Shown here in pieces: positions 1 through 12,228 of a stretch of DNA of 64,000 bases. The position numbers and the translations under genes are program-made. The notes below the pieces were generated by a model. It saw nothing but the letters and a program-made list of their open reading frames with translations, had not been told where the DNA came from and ran no database searches. The stretch's first letter is position 1; every line of letters starts with the position of its first letter. This stretch comes from Octopus bimaculoides (taxonomy: Eukaryota): NCBI RefSeq assembly GCF_001194135.2, contig NC_068981.1, positions 198,810,898 through 198,874,897 of the forward strand, given 5' to 3'.

Positions 1-348
1 TAGGGCAAGGTCATCAGCATAGAGGAGCTCCCAGGGGCAACCTGTCTTGAACTCCTCTGTGATTGCCTGGAGGACTATGATAAATAAGAGGGGGCTGAGG
101 ACGGAACCTTGGTGGACCCCTACCTCTACCCGGAATTCATTGCTGTACTCATTTCCAACCCTCACCTTACTGGCAGCATCTCTGTACATGGCTTGCACAG
201 CTCGCACTAACCATTCTTCTATCCCAAGTTTCCTCATTGACCACCAGATAAGGGATCGGGGGACCCTGTCAAAGGCTTTCTCCATGTCAACGAAAGCCAG
301 GTACAGAGGTTTATCCTTGGTTAGGTATTTCTCCTGCAGCTGTCTTAC
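1..348 (-). mobile_element. RTE LINE reverse-transcriptase fragment (runs off the window edge)
   Basis: Minus strand encodes RQLQEKYLTKDKPLYLAFVDMEKAFDRVPRSLIWWSMRKLG...VGVHQGSVLSPLLFIIVLQAITEEFKTGCPWELLYADDLAL. Confidence 0.92.
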
Positions 349-398
349 TAGAAATAAGGCATACATATACATTCACAAACAAACACACACATATATAT

Positions 399-978
399 GA
401 CAGCTGCAAGAGAAATACCTAGCCAAGGATAAACCTCTGTACCTGGCCTTCATTGACATGGAGAAAGCCTTTGACAGGGTCCCCCGATCCCTTATCTGGT
501 GGTCAATGAGGAAACTAGGGATAGATGAATGGTTAGTGAGAGCTGTGCAAGTCATGTACAGGTGAGGGTTAGCAACGAGTACAGTGAAGAATTCCGAGTA
601 GGGCTAGGGGTCCACCAAGGATCTGTCCTAAGCCCTCTCTTATTCATCATAGTCCTCCAGGCAATAACAGAGGTATTCAAGACTGGATGCCCCTGGGAGC
701 TCCTCTATGCTGATGACCTTGCTCTAATTGTTGAGCCACTATCAGAACTAGAGGAAAAGTTTCAGGTGTGGAAGCAAGGTCTAGAATCGAAGGGCTTTAG
801 AGTCAACCTAGCAAAAACTAAAGTTTTAATAAGTAGGAAGGCAGACAAACCACAAACCCCTTCAGGTAGATGGCCCTGCTCGATCTGTAGAAAAGGCGTA
901 GGTAGAAACTCTATAAGATGAACCCAGTGTAAGCTATGGACACATAAGAGGTGCAGCAATATCAGAGGGAGGCTAACA
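399..978 (+). mobile_element. RTE LINE reverse-transcriptase fragment, frameshifted
   Basis: Encodes GVHQGSVLSPLLF...LLYADDL...VNLAKTKVL...WPCSICRKGVGRNSI. A 16-nt deletion relative to the 1-348 copy breaks the frame. Confidence 0.92.
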
Positions 979-1571
979 CTAACCACTCTGAGAGTGTAGT
1001 GGGTGCTTTTTATTGCCACTGGCACAGGAGCCAGAGGGGGCTGGCATCGATCACAATCAGANNNNNNNNNNNNNNNNNNNNNNNNNNNNNNNNNNNNNNN
1101 NNNNNNNNNNNNNNNNNNNNNNNNNNNNNNNNNNNNNNNNNNNNNNNNNNNNNNNNNNNNNNNNNNNNNNNNNNNNNNNNNNNNNNNNNNNNNNNNNNNN
1201 NNNNNNNNNNNNNNNNNNNNNNNNNNNNNNNNNNNNNNNNNNNNNNNNNNNNNNNNNNNNNNNNNNNNNNNNNNNNNNNNNNNNNNNNNNNNNNNNNNNN
1301 NNNNNNNNNNNNNNNNNNNNNNNNNNNNNNNNNNNNNNNNNNNNNNNNNNNNNNGCTACATTAATTTTATGCTATATATATATGTGTGTGTGTATTACAT
1401 ATCTGTATGAGTGAATCCCCTGCATAGCTCAGTAGTGACATTCCCCTTAATCTGAATGGATCTGACAATACTAAATAAACACTAAAACCTTCCATCTTTG
1501 TGTTCACTGGAGATGGTTTGCTGAGGATCTCTAAGTAAACTCCTGCTGTATTTAATAAGATACTTAAATAT

Positions 1572-1605
<34 letters not shown>

Positions 1606-2089
1606 ACAGAGTGAAAGCTATATTGTTTTAGATATGCTTTCAACACCTTCTGGTTGTCATATTTCTGCCATAAGTAATTAAGGGAAATGGATTTAGTCAC
1701 AGGTGATAAGCAATGAGTTAATCTGGTTTTATTGATGAAAACAAAGAGGAAATAAACAAAATAAATATTTATAAAAAGGGAAAATAAAAGTTAAAAGTGG
1801 TGGATGTAATTTTCTGGGATTTGTTCTCACTATAAAGCCTGGAATTCAATAAAAAGATATGAAAAGCAGATTTTTGTTTTTCCCCTCCAAAGTGTTAACA
1901 CTGAAGCATGTATATTCTGTTGGACATGGCATTGAACAGCAATGGTGAGTAGATTCACAGGAAGAGTTTGGGAACAGCAACACTTATTAAGAGGTAATGA
2001 TCGGACATTGTAGCACTTTTCTGGAAAACCTAATATAATTTCCAGCAAAGCTTTTATCAGATGGCCAGCAGCTAATCTCTAGGAATATG

Positions 2090-2124
<35 letters not shown>

Positions 2125-2252
2125 GACAGTAATGTTGCAATGTCATTATAATAATGGTAGCAAATCAAATTAGAAGTAAACCTCCCGTATATGAAGCAAA
2201 AGTCAAATTCTGTGGTAGGAAATATGGAAAAGCTACACACACGCGCGTGCGT

Positions 2253-2300
<48 letters not shown>

Positions 2301-3021
2301 GTGCACACACACACAGAGAGTCATGAATGAGTATCAATAAAATTAGCATCACTCTAGATATTATATTCCAATAAATTATCAGCTATTCTCATTAATTAGT
2401 TCATTATTCATCAGTTGTAAAGTGGTCTACCTCTGAGTGATGAAGATGTGAAAGAATAAGTCACAGCTGTGGCTGTGGACGGCTTGTGCAGAGAAAATCA
2501 GGAAATCAATAAGCAATTAGCTGAATTGATTGGTTTATTTTGTGTGAGAAAGTCTCACATTGAGATGCAGCTAGGTTTCTTTCACTCGCCTTATTTAATC
2601 ACCAACTGCAACAAAATGCAGCTCAATGCAAAAATGAACTACTATGATGTGCCAAAAACCACATAGGGTTGGCTTAATAGATGTCTACAAACAAGATGGC
2701 TGACAGGAATTACCTGGCAGAAGAGGAGGAGCATCCTGTCCCCTAAATTACAACTAGGGTAGGGTCTTATGTAGCTAATACAGATGTTGAAAAAACTTCA
2801 ACAAATGCGGTTATCAAAGCAATTAGTAAATGAAAACTCCCTCCAAATCTAATGACAACAGGGAAGACAACTGCAATAAGATCAGTTGATTGAAACTTGA
2901 AGGATATACACGGCAATGGATCTGGTCTTTTAAAACCAACAAATGAAAGTAATTCTGGTCATAATGGTGCTTCTCTGTAAAACTCAAACATGATCAGAGA
3001 GCATGTGTGTGTATTGTCATT

Positions 3022-3185
3022 CATTTTAACATCTATTTTTCCATGCTTGCATGGGTCAGACAAGAATACATTAAGGGAGTGCTCTTTTTGGCTGGGATTC
3101 CTTCCAGTCACCAACCCAAACAAACTTCCAACTGGAGTGGTAATCTCCCAGTCTTTCAAGCAACAAACAGCCTGGACATGTTTTA
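3022..3185 (-). mobile_element. RTE 3'-UTR/tail fragment
   Basis: ttaacatctattttccatgcttgcatggg...gggattccttccagtcaccaacc is the reverse complement of the RTE tail consensus seen in the other copies. Confidence 0.7.
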
Positions 3186-3406
3186 TGCAGTGAACTCGAA
3201 ACAAAAGCTACCAGCTGAATGAGTCTTTTGTTTGCAATGATTGTGTGAAATGCAAAGACATATCTGGAAGCTGAGACATGGTTTTGTGGTGGACAAATGA
3301 AACAGCTGGGGAGGACATTGTTTAGAAACCAGCGAATTCAAGGGAAAAACAAAGTCACTGAAACACGCACACACGACAGGTAGATGGAAACTTAAAGAAG
3401 CTTAAT

Positions 3407-3530
3407 TCACTCGACAGATGCTGGTTGGGCAGGGGCCATAGTAGGAAACACTGGCGAAAGGTGCCTTGCAGCGGGACTGAACCTCAAGTCACATGACTGG
3501 AAAGTGAACTTCACAACCACACTGCTTTGC
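3407..3530 (-). mobile_element. SINE family A, 5' part
   Basis: Reverse complement of the family A head (gggactgaacc...accacac). Confidence 0.7.
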
Positions 3531-3540
3531 CAGGGTATGT

Positions 3541-3571
<31 letters not shown>

Positions 3572-4030
3572 CACGCGCACACTCTCAGGCTCATGCGAGC
3601 ACACACATCTATAATGTAGTGACATTTTGAAATGTGGATTTTCTCTTTGATGTTGTGTGGTTTATCAATGGAAGACTTCAAAGAATTTCTGACTTTGCCT
3701 GCAGAGCCACCATTCCTCCTTTCTTTGTTGTTATTTTTACATCACAGCAAAGAGTTGTCAAAACTGACACTGAACTGAAATATAAGGGACTGCAACCACA
3801 ACAACAGCAACAACAACAAAGCGAATAAATCTATTCTGAGTATGTTGCAACTGAACATCAGACTCCACGGTTAGTGTGAGAAGAAGATGGTGGGTGGGGA
3901 GAGAGATAGGAGACTGTTGGAGAGCGGTGGGGGGTATTGAAGGGATTTTGTTATCTGATAAAATTCAATTCAGGTTCAGTGAATGAGTAAATGTTTGATG
4001 AATAAAGATAGAATAAAGATGGTTCTTTCA

Positions 4031-4091
4031 GGTGTGGCTGTGTGGTAAGAAGCTTGCTTCCCAACCACATGGTCCCCGGTTCAGTCCCGAC
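4031..4091 (+). mobile_element. SINE family A, head only
   Basis: ggtgtggctgtgtggtaagaagcttgcttcccaaccacatggtccccggttcagtccc. Confidence 0.75.
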
Positions 4092-4194
4092 TATCTATTA
4101 TACTAATAACTGTGAAGTTTAACATTTATTGATTACATTAATGAAAGATTCTTGTGGACTAAAAACTCTGAGGAAGTGGTAAATCATAAAAATG

Positions 4195-4441
4195 TTTCCT
4201 TCTTGAGCCATGCCAAGCTCTTGAGGAACGGTTTTCCAGTTTCAATGGCATATATTTTCTCCACCTAGACAAGACGCCAGTCCAGTGCATGATTAACTCA
4301 TTTTTGCTGCCAGCTGAGTGGACTGGAGCAATGTGAAATGAAGTGTCTTGCTTAAGAACACAATGCGTTGCCCAGTCCAGGAATCGAAACCACAATCTTA
4401 CGATTATGAGTCCTACACCCCTAACCACTAAACCACACACT
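4195..4441 (-). mobile_element. tRNA-headed SINE family B
   Basis: Minus strand: gtggtttagtggttagggg...taagattgtggtttcgattcc (A and B boxes), homologous to 17918-18130. Confidence 0.75.
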
Positions 4442-5707
4442 TCCATGAGGCAGTTGTAAGGGAATGGTAAATGGTAAAAGAGTGTGTATGAAAAAGAGAG
4501 GGAGAGAGAGAGAGAGAGAGAGAGAGTATTCAAATGAATGCTACAAGTACATGTGCCTACTCACATACATACACTGTTGGAACACACACACACACAATTA
4601 GCAGTGGTGGTGGTGGTGGTGCGGATGGGTGTGCAAGCCATTAGCATTCATATGTGAGTATACTGTGCATATAGTGGCATAGTTTTCCCAACTGTCTGTT
4701 ATACTAGTAACTGTGTTCCTAACTTTTTTTTGTAACAGATGTATAACAGCATATCCTGGATACCAACTCTACAACATTAAGTTGTAGAGTTGCTGCTTAA
4801 ATTATTGTATTATTAAAAGAGAGTTTGGTGAGTTCCAATGGGACAGCAATCACAGAGCACAAGAGTGAAAGTTGAATTGAGAGAAGCAGAGAAGATACAG
4901 GCCAAGACTGGAGAAAGACAAAGAGAACTAAGAATTAGGAATGTCAAGAAACATTATCTCAAAAGGAAAAGGGTAAAATCAAGCCAGAAGATGTTGTACG
5001 GCAAACAATGAACGATGATAAGCGAGAATATTTTGCAGAAGTCAGAATGAAAAGATGAGAAAGAAGAGAAAAGATGGCCACAGAAAACTGACAAGATTCC
5101 ATGGAAATTCAGGATTATAAAGAAAACGGCAGGATATCATTACTGAGTNNNNNNNNNNNNNNNNNNNNNNNNNNNNNNNNNNTGGGGGGGGGGGGATGTT
5201 TAGGGCTGACACTAAACCAGAAAATAGGCTGTGAAATTTCCACAGGTGCTGCTAGTATATTTGATAGGAAGAAACAAAAGATGACTGAAGCGAGAAAAAA
5301 CAAAAAACAAAAAAAACCTATGATTTTCAAATATTTCTGAAGTTAAGAAAGAAATAATTTTTTTTTCCCTCAGGTGCCCTTAGTCTCAACTTTTGAAATC
5401 TTTTCAATGATGCTGCATCTATGTAATTGAATATAATGGAATTTGACAAATTGCCACAGAATACTTATGATTTTGTACATAATTAGTGTTTTTCAACAAA
5501 ACTTGACTTATTTAAGCTGTATGAATATTAACGAAGACGGCAAATGGTTAAATAGGTGTCCTTACAAAACAACGTTATTCTGCATCAACCATTTAATAGT
5601 TTACAACAGCAACCAGCTTATATTTGAAACAAGAGAAATACCCAGGAGTGAATTTGTTTTGTTATAACACAGACTTCTTATGTAAGCAAGACCTCCAAAA
5701 AGCAAGC

Positions 5708-5740
<33 letters not shown>

Positions 5741-6358
5741 AGCATTGTACTGAGGCAACTTGGGGACAAAACTGCCCCAGAACCAAGAACATACAACTAA
5801 CTATTCTCCATAATGCTCACTAAGTCTCCAGCACTGTCTCTCTGCCGTCCAATCACCTATTATAATAAAGGATGATGAGGCACTGGATTGGCCACACTCT
5901 ATTACCTCCCCCCATTACTACCAGCCTTCACTCTCTCATTACCCTGTCTCTTTCACTTTACTTATAAACCCCAAATCATAAATTCTGAATCAAACCCATA
6001 TAATCGTCAGATCAAACTAAAAAGTTAGGCTGTTTATTAATATTTAAACTGAAATCTTCCGCTCATTGCTTCTCGTCAATCTCCTCCTCAATGGCCTTCA
6101 TGCTGCTGCCTCTGGGTCTTCCCCTCTTCTACTCTTCTGGTTCTGTCTCTCATACCACAAGTAGGGTCGGGTGCGGAGACTTAGAAACAAATGCGGAGAA
6201 GAGTATTTGCACTGGGGTGGGGGTGGGGTGGGAGATTAAAGGAAAGTCACCTCAGGTCAACATTGATTCTGATCTTAGAATAAAACAAAGAAGAAATAGT
6301 CTGTGCCCAAAATGGCCTCAGTGCCAGCTGACACAAATTACAAATACATAAATTGAGG

Positions 6359-6427
<69 letters not shown>

Positions 6428-7097
6428 CAGATGTTTCATGTAAAGGAAAAAAACTCAGTTGTAATAATTTAAAGGTAGTTTTACATTAGAATATTAAAAC
6501 ATAAATAATCCTCACCAAACCATCTCTCTCTCTCTCTCTTATCTTACAGTATGAAGAGAAGAAATTAGTTTTAATGGGTGCCTGTCTGTTATGAATTAAG
6601 CAGGATCTCTGTGGTCACTTAACCTGACAGAGACAGCAGTCAAATGTCCCTTAAATCACATCCAACAGTTTTGAAGAAGGAAGAATATATTTAATAATGT
6701 GCGTATGTATGTGTGTATGTATGCATATATGCATGGATATGTGTGTGTGTGTATGTATATATGCAAAAGCTTTCATTTCCATGCCACACAAGCGACTCAT
6801 GGCAAAACTCCCTGCAATGGCTATGAAAGATCGTCCCTATAACTGGCTGAAGTCCTTCATTCTCAGTCGAAAAGAGGTAGTCTTGGTTCTAGGACATATG
6901 TTAATGTGTGTATTCGAAGTATCGTTCATGCAGTTTTGGTTACTTTTTCTGAGCAGCACTGGATACAATAACTACATTATTATAATAGGTAAAGGCTTGT
7001 TCACCATCTAAAGAGTACAGAGTATGTTGTAAAAAATCTTTATATGGCAATATAGAGTACATTAAGAAATATTTGCTGCAAGTTCTCAGATTTCTTC

Positions 7098-7100
7098 AAG

Positions 7101-7143
<43 letters not shown>

Positions 7144-7147
7144 AGAT

Positions 7148-7209
<62 letters not shown>
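7098..7209. repeat. (GA)n/(GAAA) microsatellite, one of dozens of SSRs in the window
   Basis: Direct reading. Other long SSRs include (CA)n 6361-6425, (TG)n 42017-42107, (GA)n 48143-48270, (TA)n 8530-8582 and (AAT)n 44392-44431. Confidence 0.95.
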
Positions 7210-7210
<1 letters not shown>

Positions 7211-8090
7211 AATGAATATATAAACAATGGCCTGATTATATATTGTATTCTTAAATGGTAGACTTGTTCATGGTGTCCAAAAACAGAATAAAGGACGAGA
7301 CCTATTATAATAAAACATGTTAAACCACTACTTGTATGATTGATAATGAGTGATGAGTGATGCTGATGATGGTAGTGATGGTGACGATGGCAGTGGTGGT
7401 GATGATGATGGTGCTGCTATTGATGATGATGATGATAATTCCAAGTTATGAGGCCATAAAAACTCATCCATAACACATGTGATTAGTTTCTATACCAACG
7501 TCTTATTTATTATAAAGAAAAACAACAAAACCCTCTTCAACATAACCAAAGTTATAAATGTGTGAGCTGGTGGTGGTGGTGGTGGTGGTGGTGGTGGTTG
7601 TTTTTTGTAAATTAGTGTTTTTGAAGAGTTACTGGCAGAAGACATTAACAAGTCTGAAAGTAAGAAAGTGCAGCCTTGGTAAATGGTAAATATAGACTGA
7701 TACTACAGCTGATGGTGATGATGATGATGATTTCACTGCTGCAGGGAGTGTGGAGGGGTAGCAGGACTGGTATGTATGTGTTTGTGTAGGGAGAGAGTGA
7801 GTTAGAGAGGGAGACAGAGAGAGCAAATGAATCTCTCTCTCTCTCTCTCATATGTAAATGTGTGTGTGTAAAACAAGGGGTAAGAAGGGGTTACAAGATC
7901 CAGGCAGATTAGAATCCAGAGTGCATTCGGTGTTAAGCAAACTTGGTCAACTGCATCAAACAATCAAATACCAAGAAATTCAAATGGAATTAAAGTCCAA
8001 GGTAATTCCTCGTAAATGATAAATAAATCTAAATATCACTTGGGAGAAAATCTCATCTTTTCTATCTATGCGTGTGTGTGTGTGTGTAGT

Positions 8091-8258
8091 AGGTGTAGGT
8101 GTGGTCGTGTGATTAAGAAGTCTGCTTCCCAGCCACCTGGTTTTGAGTTCAGTCCCACTGGGTAGCAAGGGTTCTCTACTTGGGCAAGTGTCCTCTACTA
8201 TAGCCCTGGGCCAACACAAGTCATGCGAGTAGATTTGATACAAATATAGATGCAAAGA
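8091..8258 (+). mobile_element. SINE family A, 5' part
   Basis: ggtgtggtcgtgtgattaagaag...gagttcagtcccactg...gggcaagtgtcctctactatagcc. Confidence 0.75.
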
Positions 8259-8349
8259 TGTATACGTGTCTGTCTATGTGAGTGTTTCTATCTCCTTGTC
8301 TTGACATTGTGTTGATGTAGAATACAAATGCCACTCATTTCCAATATTA

Positions 8350-8508
8350 TCTGGAAAACCCATCCGGCCATGGGGTCAGTCATATTTACCTTGCTTGGAA
8401 ACAGGGGAGGGTTGGTGACAGGAAGGGCATCTGGGCATAGAAAATCTGCCTCAATAAACTCCATCCATCCCATGCAAGCATGGAAAAGAGAACCTTGTGA
8501 AGATGATT

Positions 8509-8510
<2 letters not shown>
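8350..8510 (+). mobile_element. RTE 3'-UTR/tail fragment
   Basis: ggttggtgacaggaagggcatctgggc...ccatgcaagcatggaaaag...gatgatt. Confidence 0.7.
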
Positions 8511-8595
<85 letters not shown>

Positions 8596-8689
8596 GTATG
8601 TATATGTATATTAATAATATAGGGTAAAATCAGTAATAATTTTACCAAGTAGTCGGTACGTAAAGAAAAACCTTTTAGGTAAATATTAC

Positions 8690-8909
8690 AAATTATTCTA
8701 TAAGTATATACATAATTATAACAAGGGGTCAGCCCTGTGCCTTGCCACAGACTGAATAAGAAATGGTCGCTAATGTCTTTTCTACTCCCATCAAATCTCC
8801 AAGAAAATAATAACCAGAAAAGACATTAGCGTCTATTTTTAATTCAGTATGTGGCAAGGCACATGGCTGACCCCTTGTTATAATTATGTCTATACTTATA
8901 GAATAATTT
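8690..8909. repeat. Fold-back element / MITE: 94-bp inverted arms, 32-nt loop
   Basis: 8690-8783 versus the reverse complement of 8816-8909: 7 mismatches in 94 bp by my count, no gaps. Confidence 0.9.
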
Positions 8910-9305
8910 ACACACACATGCACACATATACATATATATATATATATCTATATATAATTGTATGTGTAAAGTAACAGTTTAGAAAAAAAAACACTGGTTT
9001 CATCTCTAGCGTGAACTAGACTTATCTTCAATTTTTCCAAATGTTAACTGTTCTCAGCAAAGAATGCTGTTTTTTTAAACACAAGAATACCGGTGATAGT
9101 TCAAAAAATATTCCTCTTAAAAAATTATGGCCGGGCAAGTTGTCTTCCTTCGCTTGATAGCTAGGTTTTTCCAATTTTGAAGTAAAAATTTCCAAAAATG
9201 TGGACAACTCTCCATGGCTTCCATCCTGGAGTTCAGGTAACCTCCTGGCTCATGTGAGGTCATAACGATTACCTATTTTTCTGCCATACACAATCTTAAT
9301 TATTT

Positions 9306-9339
<34 letters not shown>

Positions 9340-9399
9340 AATATATATATGTGTGTGTGTGTATATATATGTTGGTGTAAAAAAACATTCATAAACACT

Positions 9400-9551
9400 C
9401 AGTCCACTCTACTGAGTGGTCAGTGCTAGGAAGGGCATCCAGCTCTAAAAACCATGCCAAAACAGACAGTGAAGCATGCTGTAATGTTCTGCCAAGCCAG
9501 CCCTTGTTAAGCCAACCAACCCATGCCAGCATGGAAAATGGACGTTAAATG
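9400..9551 (+). mobile_element. RTE 3'-UTR/tail fragment (ends at a gap)
   Basis: gtgctaggaagggcatccagc...ccatgccagcatggaaaatggacgttaaatg. Confidence 0.75.
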
Positions 9552-10346
9552 NNNNNNNNNNNNNNNNNNNNNNNNNNNNNNNNNNNNNNNNNNNNNNNNN
9601 NNNNNNNNNNNNNNNNNNNNNNNNNNNNNNNNNNNNNNNNNNNNNNNNNNNNNNNNNNNNNNNNNNNNNNNNNNNNNNNNNNNNNNNNNNNNNNNNNNNN
9701 NNNNNNNNNNNNNNNNNNNNNNNNNNNNNNNNNNNNNNNNNNNNNNNNNNNNNNNNNNNNNNNNNNNNNNNNNNNNNNNNNNNNNNNNNNNNNNNNNNNN
9801 NNNNNNNNNNNNNNNNNNNNNNNNNNNNNNNNNNNNNNNNNNNNNNNNNNNNNNNNNNNNNNNNNNNNNNNNNNNNNNNNNNNNNNNNNNNNNNNNNNNN
9901 NNNNNNNNNNNNNNNNNNNNNNNNNNNNNNNNNNNNNNNNNNNNNNNNNNNNNNNNNNNNNNNNNNNNNNNNNNNNNNNNNNNNNNNNNNNNNNNNNNNN
10001 NNNNNNNNNNNNNNNNNNNNNNNNNNNNNNNNNNNNNNNNNNNNNNNNNNNNNNNNNNNNNNNNNNNNNNNNNNNNNNNNNNNNNNNNNNNNNNNNNNNN
10101 NNNNNNNNNNNNNNNNNNNNNNNNNNNNNNNNNNNNNNNNNNNNNNNNNNNNNNNNNNNNNNNNNNNNNNNNNNNNNNNNNNNNNNNNNNNNNNNNNNNN
10201 NNNNNNNNNNNNNNNNNNNNNNNNNNNNNNNNNNNNNNNNNNNNNNNNNNNNNNNNNNNNNNNNNNNNNNNNNNNNNNNNNNNNNNNNNNNNNNNNNNNN
10301 NNNNNNNNNNNNNNNNNNNNNNNNNNNNNNNNNNNNNNNNNNNNNN
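9552..10346. other. Assembly gap (largest). Others: 1062-1354, 5149-5182, 12886-12978, 16339-16822, 26369-26595, 30501-30542, 31332-31484, 49022-49263, 62323-62449, plus 10-bp gaps
   Basis: Runs of N. ORFs that span them are artefacts. Confidence 0.99.
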
Positions 10347-11518
10347 TATATATATCTTAGAGTGTGCTTCTTCTTTTGGATTTGTTTTTTACAGACGATA
10401 TATATATATATACATATATACATACATACATACATACACACACACACATACATGCGCACACACGCACATCCAATAAAACATGGTGGCTTTCTTCAATGAC
10501 GAGTGTGGAAAGTGAAGAAGAAGAAAGAGAAAAAAATTTAACATCACATCCATCCATTTATTTTCTTCAAATAAGAAACCGAGATAAAGCATAGTTAATG
10601 TGTGTGTGTGTGTGTGTGAAATAGGCCACGTGAATATGTGTGAGTATGTGTGTGAGAGAGCCAGTAATCTGTTATGGATGCAGCAGAACCTGGAACTCCC
10701 AATTCCATGCTGATCATTTTGTTCTGGTTTTGTCATGGAGCAGAGAAAAAAAAAAAAGGAATTAATTTTTTTAGTCAATTTTGTTTTTGCAAAACAAGAA
10801 AAAAAAAAAAAAAAACTCAACTAAACCATTCTTTGTAGAACAGAATGGAACTTTGGTGCATAGAATGTAGAAATAAGGTGTATAAAGAGCTTCATAGTTG
10901 CAAGCGTGGTGAGAATAAAGAAGAAATTTGGTAATTAGTGATGTGCCAACCACATAGCTACAGACTGGCCTGAATGTGACCTTATTAAGGGTCTATTACA
11001 GTAAGAATGGCAACAAAGGGCCAGACTGGAATGTAGACTGTATAAATTTGAATATTAAATAGTTGCATGAAAGGTCACGGCACTGGGATAGTAGGTCATG
11101 AAATCTATTTAATGTCTGCCTGGTCATTTTGTATTCATGGATGTTAGAGAGAAGCTGATGTGTCAGTGAGTGAGGTCGCTGGTGAAATGGTAAACGAGGG
11201 AAAGACAAGCTAAGCATTAGCTAATGGGCTCTGGCAGGAGAAGAGAAACACCAGCCCCCACATCCACCTCCAATCCTGCTGTTTCTGTGTCTGAAACAAC
11301 AAGGGCTTACCCCCTCAGAGACACTGTAAAGCCTTCCCATTTAACCAGCTGGTATTTGAACTGGAAATGTGTAATAAATATTTCCCTGAGACAAATTAAC
11401 AAATAAAAGAGGCCCTAAAGAATATCAGGTTGTGATGTTCATGTCTTTTCTATGGCCATTGGTAGTATAAATGACATCTAAAGAGAAAAGCAAATAGTTT
11501 TAAATCTACCGAACAGGC

Positions 11519-11650
11519 AAGTCTATTTGTTAACACAGTAGTGTGGCAGTCGTACACAGAATGATGTTGCTACATTTTTAGCCAGGGTTAAAAAGTAGCA
11601 AACATTGTCCTGTGCACGACTGCCATATTGTTGTGTTGGCAAATAGACTT
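11519..11650. repeat. Near-complete hairpin, ~61-bp arms
   Basis: aagtctatttg...ttgctacattttt / aaaaagtagc...caaatagactt. The substitutions between arms are all transitions, plus two 1-nt indels; the loop is 10 nt or less. Confidence 0.85.
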
Positions 11651-12039
11651 TACTCAGCAACATCTGTTGTATAAAAAATAGAGCTTCTACAACATCAGGC
11701 AACTGCTAGAAATAGCAATTAAATCAACTTGAAATCACAGCTTATCATCTTAAAAATGGAAGGACACAGATGTTATCTTGGATAAATCATGCTTAACAGG
11801 ATGGTCACAACTGGAATACTTTGCTGAAAGAACCTAAACAACAACAACAACAACAATAAATCTGTGTGTGTGAAATACTGACTTGGTACTGAGTTCCACT
11901 TTCGTAAAAAGAAATGAGAAGTTGTGACATTCATACCTTTCTCAAGTAATTTAGTTTACAAGTGATGCATTTCTAACAATCAAAATCATTTCCCAGACTT
12001 TGCTGACAACTTAGTACTCTAAGATATTGTTTTATTATT

Positions 12040-12228
12040 TACATAGGTACCCAGGTACACTGGTAGCTAAATACTTCAGTACATAGGTATCTGGGTACAT
12101 TGGTAGCTAAATACCTAAGTACCTAAAAGGTACTGCAGTGCCTTGTTACATTGGCACCTAGGCATATCTGTACATGGGTACATCAGTGCCTTGCTATATC
12201 AGTACCTGGGTACATCAAAACCTAAGTA
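12040..12228. repeat. Degenerate minisatellite (40-bp unit built from ~10-bp GGTAC subunits)
   Basis: 12040-12079 and 12080-12119 match at 34/40, followed by more decayed units. Confidence 0.8.

Noticed and set aside
4031-4091. tRNA-like A/B boxes here and in the other SINE heads
   Set aside because: No full cloverleaf, and they recur as SINE 5' ends, so they are not tRNA genes.
9523-10499. Long ORFs in the supplied track (300+ aa here; others at 951-1414, 16311-16881, 26240-26605, 31237-31813, 48797-49372, 62096-62722)
   Set aside because: They are open only because they run through N-gaps or microsatellites.
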